DNA of 64,000 nt from Paecilomyces variotii. Its lineage: Eukaryota. The stretch is from NCBI GenBank assembly GCA_004022145.1, contig RCNU01000016.1; one strand, given 5' to 3'. Both the position numbers and the translations under genes were made by a program. The notes beneath the pieces are model-generated. The model made no database searches. It saw nothing but the letters and a program-made list of their open reading frames with translations, and was not told the DNA's origin. This document shows positions 27,764 through 40,653 of this stretch, piece by piece (within the stretch, counting starts at the first letter, position 1; every line of letters starts with the position of its first letter).

Positions 27764-29170
27764 CAGGACGGAACATAAGTGAAGTCCATGTACATACGCT
27801 CTTCAGTGTACATACATACTTAAAACATCTGTGGACTGGGTGGACTAATGCTTTTCTGACTATGCCAAGTGCAGAGGTAGAGACATCGTCTCTTTTGTTT
27901 TAGATTCGTTAAACCTGCAGTATAAATTGCTTATTCTTCTTGTGGATAGATTTGAACTCTCAAAACATTGTCAGAAATGCGCCACCGCTTGATGTTGCCA
28001 TAATACAACCCTGAAACCTTCCTTCCCTCACAGAGAATTCTACCTTCGTTCTCAGCAACAAAGTCGGAAACGAATCATGATACTAGTGGAATGTTCTACG
28101 CCTGGTAGTCCCATTTGCTCTCACTGGGTCGGATCATGTCATACTTGTCTGAGTTTGTGCGTTTCCAAGATGACGGCATATCAGTGCGGAATTCCAAGGT
28201 TCAAGAGTTGTTATAACTACTACATAGGTATTCTAGATTGTTTTCAAAGGTTCGCATCACACGGAACGCCAAAGGCTTATCGCATGTCCAAGAACATATT
28301 GCCTGACTTTGACCTGTAGGGCACCCCTGCAATTTCCCATGTCCTCGAAGCAGCACGTTCTATCATAAAATGTCCCCCTTTAAGCACATCCTTTCGAGTC
28401 CATTCCGGGACTTGATTGCTATCTATCCTGCGTGTGCTGTGGCATATAATATGAGCCAAGTCTGTGTACATAAAGCTTTCGCTGAACCACGGAAACCGTC
28501 AGAAATCCCAGCTCTTCTCGTTTCCCACTAGTTATTCAAGACATGACATCAACGCTTGGCGAATACATCTCGTTTATTCCACACCAATTGTTTCTAAAAT
28601 ATCAGATGTCGAAAGGTCACGGATATAAAAACCGATGGCTCTAATGAGCTGGAACATCAATAGCCTTTCAGCACCAGTCCCAGGTTAATACACACGCAGC
28701 TGACATATTTTGATAGTAAGAGTGACGCGGAAGAGTGGTCACGCTTTGGTATACAGAGCGAGGCCCGCCACTGAGCAGTTGCAACAGGAGCTTTGATTCC
28801 TGAGAAATGCAGCAGCTGAACTGAACTGAGAACCATATCTACGTCGATAGATGGGTTTGGCTGAAACTGCAGATACATGACTAGTCATATTGTCCTTCAA
28901 AAACAGATCTCATTTTCCGATAGCGATCGCTTACTTCCCGGCAAGTTCACCGCGGCGGAGAGATTCACATCGTTCATTAATAGTCCAGACCTCTCACGCT
29001 AGGAAAATCCTAGTGCGTGTAACTGTGCTTCGAAAGACTTAATTACGAGCTTCCTGGATGGTTGAGAGAAAGGCACTCGGGTCATAAGGTACTGTCCCCG
29101 TGTATTTCAGTCGATATCTGTTGCGCTATCATCTATATGCAATGTGCTATTGAATAATAGGGTCATGCAA

Positions 29171-29210
29171 CCCCCCCCCCCCCCCCCCCCCCCCCCCCTC
29201 TCTCTCTCTC
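29171..29210. repeat. C28 homopolymer followed by (TC)6
   Basis: Read directly. Confidence 0.9.
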
Positions 29211-29282
29211 ATACTTTGGATTTCTCGCGTGCTGGTAGACATTGTGTGATGATGAACGCTAATCGTGCGCAGACTTACAGAC

Positions 29283-31413
29283 ATGTCGTTCCAACAGGTC
29301 CCTAGAGTAGAGACCTTTAAGCTCCCGAAGCAGAAAGAAGTGCGAACAAAGCTTCCGGGGTACGGCCTGCCTTTGGACTATGTACCAAAAGCGAAGAATC
29401 TTTATGGGGTCGAAGTCAAATCATTGTTTCCCACCGCCCTTGACGATAGAGACATTGGGAATGGTTATATCAAGTAAGAAGCTTTCCCCACATCCTCTCT
29501 TATTTGTGAGCAACTCAGCTAAGAGTAATATCTACAGTCAGCCTCTTCTCCCACTTAGGGAGATTGAGATGATGAAAGCCATGGAGAACCTTACAGAAAA
29601 CGAACAATGGCATGTCAAGGTAAGTTGATCTTATATTTGGTCTACAAGTCTCTCCTTCTCAATCAATTTATCCTCATACATATAAAAACTACCTCCTTCG
29701 CTTGTACTTGTCACGTCTAACTCCGTATCAGGTCTATGACGATGTCATAGCCAATAGATGGAAGAAAGAAATAATGGACTCTTCAATCGAGATCACTCCT
29801 CTTATGGCCGACTGGATCATTGAGGAGTTGAGGTTCAAAGCCAAAATTTACGAGCGCTCTAAAGCAATCGGCTTCTACAACGGTGACGTGACTAAGTCGG
29901 ACGACATTATAGACCCTGCCCTCAGAAATAGACTGTTGGAAACTAGTAAAGGGCTCGAAGATCCCCAGCAGCACTTGAATGCATACACACCCGACTCGGG
30001 GGGAACGGAGCTCGACTTGGTCCAGCCGACTCTGTTTCCTTTGATCTTCGGACGGAGCCGAGTCCTAAAGGATAAGGTAATCGGTATAGACGACGCACTT
30101 GAACATATCGGACAGGGCGAGGTCATTCCGAAACCAGACGACCCCGGGATCACTCGAGAAGATATGGTGTGGAGGATCTACTCTCGGTCTGACATTAATG
30201 TGAAACCATTCAGCACCGATTTCCAAATGCTTCCCTCAGAGGTTCAGCTGGGGACAGATGGGAAATGGCATCTGGCCAGCTACGTCAATAATCTCCACCC
30301 GGTGAAGTTCAAGGAGCTTTACGGAGTCCTTGATGAAATAATAGACAGAGTCGCGGGGCTTTGGGAGATGACCTTGACACCAGTAAAGGATATGCTCCAT
30401 TCGAGGGCCCGGGTCGAATATCACAAAGTGGAATACGAGCCTATCTCCGAGGAAGCGAAAGAATCCCGTCCGGTCAAGGAGCCCAGTGAGACAGAAGCCG
30501 AATACGAAGCTCGCGTCCAAGAATGGAAGATGCGGCATTACCGGGTCAAACAGCCGGATGTTGGAGAATTTCGACCATGGGCCGTTCCCAAGTTCATGAT
30601 AGAGCACCTTCCGGAAGACCAGCCCAATCCACTTCGCATCGAGGAGCCAGTCAGGCTCAAAGAGGAATATGGCGAACGCGGACTGCAGGTTTTTGTTAGG
30701 GTCATGAAAATCGAACTTTCTCCCGAACGTCCTGAATACTCAAGTGAATTCCACGTTGAGGGCCAGATGGTCAGTCACCCTTCCCTTCCTTCCCTTCCCT
30801 TTGCTTTCTTTTCATTTGACAAGCTAACAAGCTATTGTTTCAGAACGAACGCATCTGCGCATCAGCGCTCTATTACTATGATTCAGAGAATGTCCAAGGC
30901 GGCCGCATGACATTCCGCCAGGCCACAGACACAGGAAGTATCTCCGAAATCAAATACGAACCAGGTGATAGCGTCTGGCTCAAGCAGGTATTCGGACTCG
31001 ACAACGGCGCACCTTTAGTGCAAGAAGTCGGATCATTGAGCACCAAAGTCGGCCGTGTGATCTCATACCCCAGCACCTTGCAGCATCGCATCGAACCGCT
31101 CCGATTAATTGATCCCTCGAAGCCTGGATATCGCAAGATTCTGGGTCTTTACCTCGTCGACCCGAATATTCGCATCATCTCGACTGCGAATGTCCCTCCG
31201 CAGCGTCTGGACTGGACTGATGGGTCGGATAACCTGCAGCGTGCGCTCAGTAACATGTCGATCGAGGAACAGGATAAGGTTCTTGATCGACGGGACCGGT
31301 TCCCCTTCACAATTGAGGAGGCTCATGAGTTCCGCAAGAGGCAGCGTAAGGAACGGATTGAGTTTTTGAAATACCAGGATGTGGCCTTTACTTCCAACCA
31401 TGTGGTGGTCTAG
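29283..31413 (+). CDS. DUF4246-family protein
   Basis: Four exons: LPGYGLPL.., REIEMMKAMENLT....WHVK|VYD, DLVQPTLFPL, FQMLPSEV, SYVNNLHP, FHVEGQM|NERICASALYYYDSEN, YPSTLQHRIEP..GYRKILGLYLVDP..IISTANVPPQ. Confidence 0.85.
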
Positions 31414-31884
31414 TGCTGTATGTTGGGGGGTCGGGCAACTTTTTGTTTGTTGAAGTTATTAATAGGAAAACTAGATTGGATTATAGCAATCAATTCTGTT
31501 GTCGTTTAACAACTATAACTGCAGTTAGTCGACGTAGGAAGTCACTTACGATTTTCAGCCATGCGCATATACCTTGTTCTATCGAGATCAACTAGATCTC
31601 TATATAAATGAAAGCAGGATTCCATGAATATCATACCATTCTATGCTATGTCATGCTATGCTATGCTAATCGGTACCTAGTGCGTAAAGCTTCATTTTTC
31701 TTTTCACCAAAAAGGACAAACCAAACCGATTGAGAAAAAGAAAAAAAGGAACCGCCCGCGCTATGCAGATGCTGAATACGAGTAGAAGTACAGAAATGAA
31801 GAGTACAGACAGACTTTTGCGGACGTAGTCGACATCAAATGAACAGAGACAACAACCCGTAAACATAAACACCGTGGTGTTTCT

Positions 31885-34800
31885 TTATCGACCTCTCGAC
31901 TCTGGGAATTCATCTTCCAGCTTCAACCGCGCAGTGACGTTCATACTGAACAGTTCCTGGATGAGGAGCTTAGCCGCGTAGGGGATGACCATTTTCACGA
32001 CGCCGCGGGAGCTCTTGCATCGCTGACACCAATTGAGGTAGCCCATGAAACCGCACTGTTCGCACACGTCGACTTCGTGGCGATCAGATGAGATCATGAG
32101 ACGCTCGAGCAGGAGTTGACTGGTACCGTAGGCGATCAGACAGTCACGCTCCATCTCTCCGAGACGGAGACCACCGTCGCGGGATCGACCTTCGGTGGGT
32201 TGGCGGGTGAGGGTAGCGCGAGGACCGCGGGCACGGGAGTGCATCTTGTCTTGAACCATGTGCTTCAGTTTCTGGTAGTAGATGGGACCGGTGAAAACGT
32301 AGAAGGGGAGGGCTTCACCGGTGATACCGGAAGTAAGATACTCTTTTCCACCGTAACTGAATCCCTTGTCGACGAGGATAGCGGACATTTCTTCGACGGG
32401 GGAGCCGCCGAATGCAGTACCGTAGCCGTGCTGGCCAGAGAGGACACCGGCCTTTCCAGCCACAAGCTCCAGCATCTTACCGACTGTCATACGCGAGGGG
32501 AAACCATGAGGGTTCATGATAATATCGGGGACGATGCCACTGTCAGTGAAAGGCATGTCGGCTTGTTCGGCGATAATACCAACAACACCCTTCTGACCGT
32601 GACGGGAGGAGAACTTATCACCGACTTCTGGACGACGAGTCTGTCTCGTCTGGACCTTAATGAGCTGACTCTCTCCTTCAGTCACCGAGATCATGACCTT
32701 GTCGATGTAGCTGGGGTCGGGCAGCTTGTAAGTCATAGGAGCCGGGAGGTACGAGACCGGCTTCCCGACATCAGACCCGAAGCCAGATGAGAGAGCATTC
32801 TCTGGAGTGACCTTGTTGATGTACACTTCACCTGCGCTGACCTGCTCCCCCACAGCGGCCAAACCGTCACTGTCCAGAAGGGCGTGCTTCCTGATCGGAG
32901 CGTCATTCTCATATTGCGGACCGGTGAGTTTATCCTTGCTACCGTTCGAGTAGCTCTTGAGGTTAGTTGCGTATTTCCGGAAGACCTGGCAGCGTCCGAA
33001 ACCTCTGTCCACGGAACCCTTATTCAGGACGAGGGCATCCTCAATATCGTAACCGGAGTAACTCATGACAGCCACTGTGGCGTTCTGTCCAGCAGGGAGC
33101 TGGTCGTATTTGACAAGCTCGATGGTCCGTGTCTTGACCATTGGTTTCTGCGGATATACCATGAGGTAGAGAAGGGAATCGATACGGAGAAACTGGTTCG
33201 AAGCAATGGCGCCAATGGCTTGTTTACCCATTGCACATTGATAGGTGTTACGGGGGGACTGGTTGTGGTGAGGGTAAGGAATAAGTCCGGCGACTGCTCC
33301 TAGGACCGTGAAGGGCTCAATTTCAAGGTGTGTCGTAGTGTCGATGATGTCCTTCTCATACAAAGCAATATTTGAATCGTTCTCCTCGTTCACATCCAGG
33401 TACTCTACCAAACCCTGGGCGAGGAAATCATCAAATTGCATAGTTCCATCGCGAAGCTTCTTGAGATGATGTGCCTTCACAAGCGACTTGCCGTTCTCGA
33501 CGACGATGAGGGGTCTACAAATACGACCATCGTCGGTGGCGATATGGACTGCGGCCTGATGGTGGTTGATGTAGATGCTCACAAACTCCGAAATACGCCC
33601 CATGCGTCTTAGCCTTCGGAAGGCATTCAGGAAGTATTTCGGTCGTCTCGTCAACGCCATCGGCGTACCGTTCATCGAGATAATATAGCCTCCATGTCCA
33701 TAAAGCTCCCGACCACTCATGGTCAGTATATCTTCCGCTCCAAGCATGAAGACTAGTTTGCGCACAGGTTCCTCCTCATCGTTCGTTGTGATGTGTGTCA
33801 TGAGAGCAAGATTCTTGACCAGACCACATGCTTCTCCTTCTGGGGTGTCTGACGGACACAGCATTCCAAACTGCGACGGTTGCAGTGCTCTGGGACCACT
33901 GACCTTTCTGGTCTTCTCAAACTGACTGGATATACGCGTCATCATACCGAGGGCGGCTATGTAACTCAGACGACTGAGAACGTGCGTAACACCAGCACGC
34001 TCCATACGGAAACGCTTCAAACTCCAGTTACCGGTCGAGATGGCACGATTCATTCCCTGTGTAATGTGATTGCCATGCATGCTCACCACGCTCCACGCAT
34101 CGAAAGCCTCTGCACGGACACGCTTGTTCAGGACTTTATCGATATTCATCTTGATATCGAATTGGAATTTCTTGAACAAGTCCTCGAAGAGCAGAGCAAG
34201 AAGCTGGCCAGCCAGCTCAAGTCTCTTGTTACCGACATAATCACGGTCATCTACCATCTTCGCGTCATGTTTTGCCATCAGTACACGACGAGCCATGTGG
34301 CAGATGTAAATGGCTTTTGGTCGGAAGTTCAGATCCTTCACCTCGATGTGAGAAATAATGACGGAGGCGATAGCCTCGACGGCTTCCTGGACGTGAGTTC
34401 TGCTGTAGGCCGACGACTGCTTGCGGTTAATCTTGATCCGCGAGCCGATCCACTGAAGTGCTTGCTGTTGGGTGAAGATTCCAAGCTTGATGGCCTCCTC
34501 GAAGTTGATGGCGAAGTCTTCCTGGTAGGCTGTATCGACACCCGCCACCAAAAGCAACATCTCCTTGTCGGAGTGGATCCCCATAGCCTTCAGGAGGATT
34601 ACCAGAGGAATATCTTCACTGAGCACATTGTGCTTCACGTACAACTTGTCCTTCTTCAGAATGATGTAACTCTTGGACTTGCGCTCGTTGGAAGAACTCG
34701 TCACGGAAGCCTGCACGATCTCCTTCTTCGGATCCGTCTCCACAATGATACGATTCTTGCTCAGTTGCTCCTGAACGAGGATAACCTTCTCCGTACCGTT

Positions 34801-35595
34801 CACAATGAAATAGCCGCCAGGGTCCAGCGGACACTCGTTCAACACGTGCATCTCGGAGGCCGTCTTGTTCGACAGAACACATTTAGAGCTTCGCAACATG
34901 ACTGGCATTCTGCCAATGGCCACTCCTTTCCTCATAACACGTTGTCGCCCTCGCACGTATTCGAAATCAACCAGAATGGGAGCGGCGTAGGTCATGTCAC
35001 GAAGTCGACACTCGTTCGGCGTCACAGTCGACTCGAATCCCGCAGGTTCGGTTTGCGGCTCATCCGCACGGCAGGGCCGTCCCACGTAGATGTCTGTGAA
35101 CTTGATATAAAACTGGTGGTCGACATCGCTGCGAATTGTCGAACTCGCCTGGACGATCTTCTTCAACTGGACTTCAACGAAGTAGTTGTACGAATCGATG
35201 TGCTGCTTGACCAATCCCTTCACCTTCAGGAACGCCGGGAGCAGATTCCACTTGTCACGCGCGGTATCGATGGGATCCGTGAGAGATTTGCTGTAGTAGA
35301 ATGGTTCCAACAGAGCATCGAAGGGATCCGTCCGCCGGTGCTTGTGAGGAGGCGACTGTTCCCTCGATTGTTCCTGATAATCACCGGTCGTCCTATTCTC
35401 CGGGACAGTGGTCTGCTGATTTTGCTGCGCCATCCGCTTCCGCTTCAAAGCCGCATCTGAAGTTATGGGGGCCACCTGTTGTTCCATCTCATCAGTAAAA
35501 TCTTCTTTAGTAACAGCGGGGACGCCGGCATTCCGCACCTGCGAAGCGGGCGCAGAAGTAGGGCCCTCGGCCTGAGGCCTCCTGCGAGGAGGCAT
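31885..35595 (-). CDS. RPC2: RNA polymerase III second-largest subunit (C128)
   Basis: Intronless. [66 protein letters not shown]-terminal zinc ribbon. First in-frame ATG at 35595 (MPPRRR). Confidence 0.97.
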   Translation of the reverse strand: MPPRRRPQAEGPTSAPASQVRNAGVPAVTKEDFTDEMEQQVAPITSDAALKRKRMAQQNQQTTVPENRTTGDYQEQSREQSPPHKHRRTDPFDALLEPFYYSKSLTDPIDTARDKWNLLPAFLKVKGLVKQHIDSYNYFVEVQLKKIVQASSTIRSDVDHQFYIKFTDIYVGRPCRADEPQTEPAGFESTVTPNECRLRDMTYAAPILVDFEYVRGRQRVMRKGVAIGRMPVMLRSSKCVLSNKTASEMHVLNECPLDPGGYFIVNGTEKVILVQEQLSKNRIIVETDPKKEIVQASVTSSSNERKSKSYIILKKDKLYVKHNVLSEDIPLVILLKAMGIHSDKEMLLLVAGVDTAYQEDFAINFEEAIKLGIFTQQQALQWIGSRIKINRKQSSAYSRTHVQEAVEAIASVIISHIEVKDLNFRPKAIYICHMARRVLMAKHDAKMVDDRDYVGNKRLELAGQLLALLFEDLFKKFQFDIKMNIDKVLNKRVRAEAFDAWSVVSMHGNHITQGMNRAISTGNWSLKRFRMERAGVTHVLSRLSYIAALGMMTRISSQFEKTRKVSGPRALQPSQFGMLCPSDTPEGEACGLVKNLALMTHITTNDEEEPVRKLVFMLGAEDILTMSGRELYGHGGYIISMNGTPMALTRRPKYFLNAFRRLRRMGRISEFVSIYINHHQAAVHIATDDGRICRPLIVVENGKSLVKAHHLKKLRDGTMQFDDFLAQGLVEYLDVNEENDSNIALYEKDIIDTTTHLEIEPFTVLGAVAGLIPYPHHNQSPRNTYQCAMGKQAIGAIASNQFLRIDSLLYLMVYPQKPMVKTRTIELVKYDQLPAGQNATVAVMSYSGYDIEDALVLNKGSVDRGFGRCQVFRKYATNLKSYSNGSKDKLTGPQYENDAPIRKHALLDSDGLAAVGEQVSAGEVYINKVTPENALSSGFGSDVGKPVSYLPAPMTYKLPDPSYIDKVMISVTEGESQLIKVQTRQTRRPEVGDKFSSRHGQKGVVGIIAEQADMPFTDSGIVPDIIMNPHGFPSRMTVGKMLELVAGKAGVLSGQHGYGTAFGGSPVEEMSAILVDKGFSYGGKEYLTSGITGEALPFYVFTGPIYYQKLKHMVQDKMHSRARGPRATLTRQPTEGRSRDGGLRLGEMERDCLIAYGTSQLLLERLMISSDRHEVDVCEQCGFMGYLNWCQRCKSSRGVVKMVIPYAAKLLIQELFSMNVTARLKLEDEFPESRGR

Positions 35596-38500
35596 GATTA
35601 CGAGGAAGCCGCCTTCAGCGTTTGCGCAGAATTGTCGACTGTATGGCGGAGAGATGCTGCAGCAGAAGCCGTGCGGCGAAAAAAGAGTTAATAATCCTAG
35701 ACGGAATAAATCGAGCTCTCCGGCTCTATTTGGTGGAGGGGAAAGATCAGAGGGTCTCCGGCTTATGTAATATAGTCTAATACCGATATGGACTAGTCTG
35801 CCGTGACTCACATGTTCTACTGGCACGTGCTTATCAATCACAAATGAGATCAAGCCCTAACTGTCTGCCCTAATTTACCTTAAGCAGACATGCTAGCATC
35901 TTACATTGGCGAATACCTCAGTGGTAGATGAGAAGCAAAAAGAGCTTGGTGATAGTGTAGAAGATTAATGTCGCGTTATTCATAATCAATGTACTCTGGA
36001 AATTCCACTGAAGCTTTGAATGTTTAATTAGAGTAGTCTGATGCTGTTACGCTAGCTATTTGCAGTAATTATATATTTCCGCAGACCTCGTCTTTGAATT
36101 TATCCACACAGAGGATAGAGACACATCTAGCGGACTTAGGGGAATAATAAGAAGCAAGCACTTCTCCCATGTCTATAATAACAGACTTATCAGAAAGAGA
36201 GGTAGCATACACCGTAAAATCATGATGAACGTCTCCATGAGACTACTCGCACGGTCTCATGACATTTTCGAGGTTTAACTTGGAGATACAAAGATTGAGC
36301 TCCATGGCTACCGGTTCCACATATCCAATTCCAACGTGCCTCGGCTAAGTTAATTATTATAATGACATTTTTAAGTTCTTTTTTGACATGACCTTGGATA
36401 CATTACAAAGTATAGTTAGAACAACTGCTTCTTAGTGTAACCCGTTCCCGCCGTTTTCGCCCCACAAGGTGGTAGTGGTAGAATTATCGATACCATGACC
36501 TCGTTTGTATACTGTATCCGGCGGATATAGCTGCAGTTAGTGCGTTAGGCTTAATTGGATTGGGAGATATCTATACTTTGCTGCCACGGAGATTATTATT
36601 ATTGATGAGAACTGTCTTAGAATTGGATGTGCCCTTTTTGGTCATACGCGTAATGGCTGAGACACGTCCTTGTAGTTGATTTTGAGATCAACTAGCTACT
36701 ACGGAGGAAAAGTCTTAAGGAATGATTTCCGAGGCAATGTGCCTTTGTTCTCGTATCTCGTGTTTGAATGTGACAGGCAGTAGTATGACGTGGAGAATGC
36801 AAATAAGGAGGTACACGATCCGGGTGGGCACTTCCATATAAAGAATCTCACAGCTGCTCCTGCATTCTCAGGTCCGGGGTTAAGAGCTGAACTGACCATG
36901 GCATTGAACAATTGAAGAATATGATTTGCTGTGGTAGGCGCCTAGACAGTCAATGTGTGCCTTGTAAACTGTTGGCAGTTTTACACTGGGCTGATCTTCG
37001 ATAAGATGCAGATAGATTGGGTGCGAAATGGCACAAGTGCTGCTGCCTGCCTGGTAATTCAGACAAGCAGAAAGTGAACTTCAGGAAAGAACACGTCTGG
37101 GACTGCTTTGCTGGCACCAGCACGTCCTGGTCAGGGGACTCAGGAGAAGAGAGCCATCATCCAGGGCTGCGTTAGCTCCCATATCACGAAATGCAGCTCC
37201 GTCGGTTCGTTGAACACCGACAGATATTCCTTGCATCTACGGAGACAGTCTCCCGAGCGCCGCATTGAGATTAGTTAGCGCTACCCCTGACAATAGCATT
37301 AGTTGACAGGAGATAGTAAGCCAAGAACATTGCTGAGCAGATCATCACGATGCCAGCTAAATGGATCGTAAGACGAGGTTGATCCCACCACTTGCGGTCC
37401 GTTTACAGCCGATCGCTGAGACAAAAGAAGACCTATTGTTGCGGGGTCGGGCCACTACGCCCTGCTCATAGTCTTTGCCTTGCTGCTTATCAGTCTCAGG
37501 TTTGGCGGTATATGGGACAACTGTCACTGGGCTGCATACGTCCTTTCCATGTAGAGTATCATCTCCTCCATAGCCGAGCGCACAATGCTCGCTTGCCTCA
37601 TTTTGTGGCAAGATCCAATGGAGCAATGACGCCTTCAGGTAACGCACAGAAGCTGCGGGTTCGCCATCAACCATCATTTTTCTCCGCATTACCGCGGTGA
37701 ATTAGGCATGTCTTCTCATCAATTCTTATGGGCTCGAATAAAATACTCTATTGAGCCACCCTAGCTTTCCAGTATTTTTATGGCTCTCAATGGCCATCAT
37801 GTGGAGCTCGCTTGTGTGCGTTTAGATCATGGTAGACGGACGTTGAGAGCTCGGTCACGTGCGGGAAACGACTTATCGAGGAATTTCGATATTCTCGAGG
37901 ACCTTTGTGCGATCAATTGGCGAGCCCCAGCTGCGCAATTGTTCTAGAACGCATGAAACTTCCATCAGCGGGCACGAAAGCACCGGATCTATGCGTCAAA
38001 TAATCATAGTCGTCTGAAGACTGCGAAGAAAATAAGCGTGTGGCACTAAGTATGCGGCAGGGAGCGCGGGGATAGACAAGGCGCGTCGACGACTTGACCG
38101 GCCGCAGTAGCGAAGCGTGGATCGGTCCACCAGGCCGTGCTTTGTCATTGGCAAAGAAGTGACACCTCATCGGGCATGAAACAGCACGTTTCAACTCGCA
38201 ATCGGCTTGGAATGTGTGCTTCTCGTGGCATTGACGGCATCTCGGGCTCAGAGACCGTACAATAGATCATGCGCCGATCTATCTTTGTGCACAGGAATGT
38301 CAACATGATCCGGGAGCGCCAGAAACAAATGTGACGGGGAAATGAAAGGAGCCCAGGAACTCGAAACAGATCTTGCGATCTGAAGCGCAATAATAATAAG
38401 GGCCGACGTTAGGCGCCCAAGGCAAGGCCCCAAAGTGGTCCGCGCCGATTGGATTTGCGCCCTGAGCCTTCGGGACGGCGCCTTATCCCCACAAAGAGCA

Positions 38501-40653
38501 CCACGGCAGAATGCGCTGCTTGTCAGTGAAATGGAGGATTCGAAGGTGGCACCGTGAAGACGAAATCATAGCGGGCTGGATAGGTATCGATCAGCGCTGG
38601 ATTCGGCCTGTATTCCCTGTCCTGCTACACCGCTCCATTCCCCCTCTTGGGAATGGCATCATTAACGTCAGATCTCGAGGCTTTCTCGAACTCTAATCGT
38701 TCCGTGAACGCCAGGGTCTGGCTGATTTCGCCAGTCAATTCGCCCGCGCCATTGGCTGTGGCTTCATGACTTCGTGGCATCCTGGCATTCGGACCTTCTC
38801 TTCATCGCATCGAGGTACGGAGGATTGCTATTTGTGCATGGTGGGAGTCGCTGGGTTCTCAAGCTCCGAATATGGTACAGCGTTCGAAGGGTCTTGATCC
38901 GTGGAACGAGCCTTATGCAATCCATGGCTGACCGGGCTGTTGAGCCCCTCACTGATACCCGCAATAAGAGCAGTCCAATCCTTCTATCTTTGTTCGGCCG
39001 GCACCCTTGGAACCATTGAAGAACAATCGACCGCGAAAAGAATCGTGTCGCGAACCAAAGAGTGGGCGTGTTATGGTCCCCATAATAAGAGCGGTTTCTT
39101 GGGGGGTTTTTTTTTCTGCACTGGATTGTTTTGTTGACCGGCACAACAGGAGTCGGCTGTCCGCGTGTCTGCAGCTGGTCCTCAATCGTCACATTTCTCA
39201 ATGGAGGGGGTGAGGCAACGGTATCGGGTGACTACTGGTGGATAGTACGATCCAGGCACGTTTTGCACACACTGCACGTCCCACAGCTTGGCCCGGCGCC
39301 ATTTCCGCTATCGCGGTGCGAACAGGAGTACGGATAGGTAGCAGGAAGTAGTAGGTACTTCGTGTCATGTATTATTATTCCATGCAGTAGACTCCCATAC
39401 TCCATACTTTCAGTTGTAACTTTAAGGAGCAGCAATCCTGCAGAGCAAATGAGGCAGGCCCCTCGAACAGCGCAGCAACGCACAGGGTACAACGTGCACC
39501 GTGCTCTCGAAAGGGCCATCAGCTAGGTGGTCTGGGAGACGTCCTCAGACGTCTGAACTCGGATGGAGCGCGAGAGCAGCACTACCGGACGCCGGCGCAG
39601 AAGTACCATACCGGGTGTGACTTTGCTGGCAGGTGCCTGGCGGCTAAGAGAAAAATAAACCAGCTAAGGAGCAAATTAGCACTACCCTCGATGGTGGGAT
39701 AGGGAGCTTCACGAGGGCTTAGACGGCCAACGGTCCTTCGCTGGGTGGAACAATGTATGTACTGTAAGAACTGTAGGCGTGTTGGGTGAGCCTGACGGTA
39801 ACCAGTGAGCATGCACGACGGGGCGACAACGTAGCTCCAGCAGCAGAGAAACATTTAATTCCTGTGAAGCTGATCTCCAGTCGGGAAGGTCGAGGCCGTG
39901 ATGTGCATAAGGTAGAGCAATTAGAGCCCAAGGCCAGTTCGTCTCGCTCCCCCGCTCTGGCAACCCGCGCTCTCTCATCTCTGCTCGCCTCCTCCCTCTC
40001 CTCCTTCCATCTCATCTTTCCCAGCTCCGGGAACCTGTAAAACAGTTTCCTTTTCTTCGTGTGCTCTTTGTTCTCTTGACGTCTCCTCGGTGCTTCGTCT
40101 GCTGCGTGCGACGGAGCGTACAACGTCGGATACGCCGCCGGTCCAGCGTCTGGTCTATGAGCAGAGCTGATTCAACTCCGCATATCCAGGGGGGCTGACC
40201 CCAGGCTGGCTGGACAGCGCTACTCTCCGAGCCTCACACAAAACAACAAGAACTCGACCTACTAGACGGACAGAGAAACAAGGACAGCATCTCCTTTCGA
40301 GTGTTGCAGGTCTCTCGAGGCGTCTCTGGTAAGTTTATGGCGCTGCTTGTCGCATCTCAATAATGCTCCTCCGACGGCCCCTCAGCCCCTCCCCTCTCCT
40401 TACTTACAACACACCGCCAACCACCACTTCCCCAGCCCTCGTTTCCCCCCCTAAACCCCTCCCCCGGCCACTTCGTCTTCCTCTCCGCCACTGTGCACCC
40501 CTCTCTGGCTGCAATTGTTGGTCTTCAGATCGACATTGTACCGCCTCCCCTGTTTACCAAAGATCTATCCGATCTAGCTCTTGCTTGGGGGATCTCACTG
40601 ACATGTCGACCGCGGTCCACGTTGCAGCCTGACCTTGCCCGCATCCTCCCACC

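Noticed and set aside
33880-35460. 526-aa plus-strand ORF (and others) antisense to RPC2
   Set aside because: Mirrors the codon frame of a conserved gene; no motifs, non-ATG start; typical antisense shadow ORF.
35596-35853. 86-aa N-terminal extension of RPC2 in the ORF track
   Set aside because: Begins at TTG, has no Met and runs through probable promoter sequence; the first ATG is 35595.
36699-40123. Many short ORFs in the RPC2-Pumilio intergenic region
   Set aside because: None shows domain motifs, consistent splice structure or codon bias.
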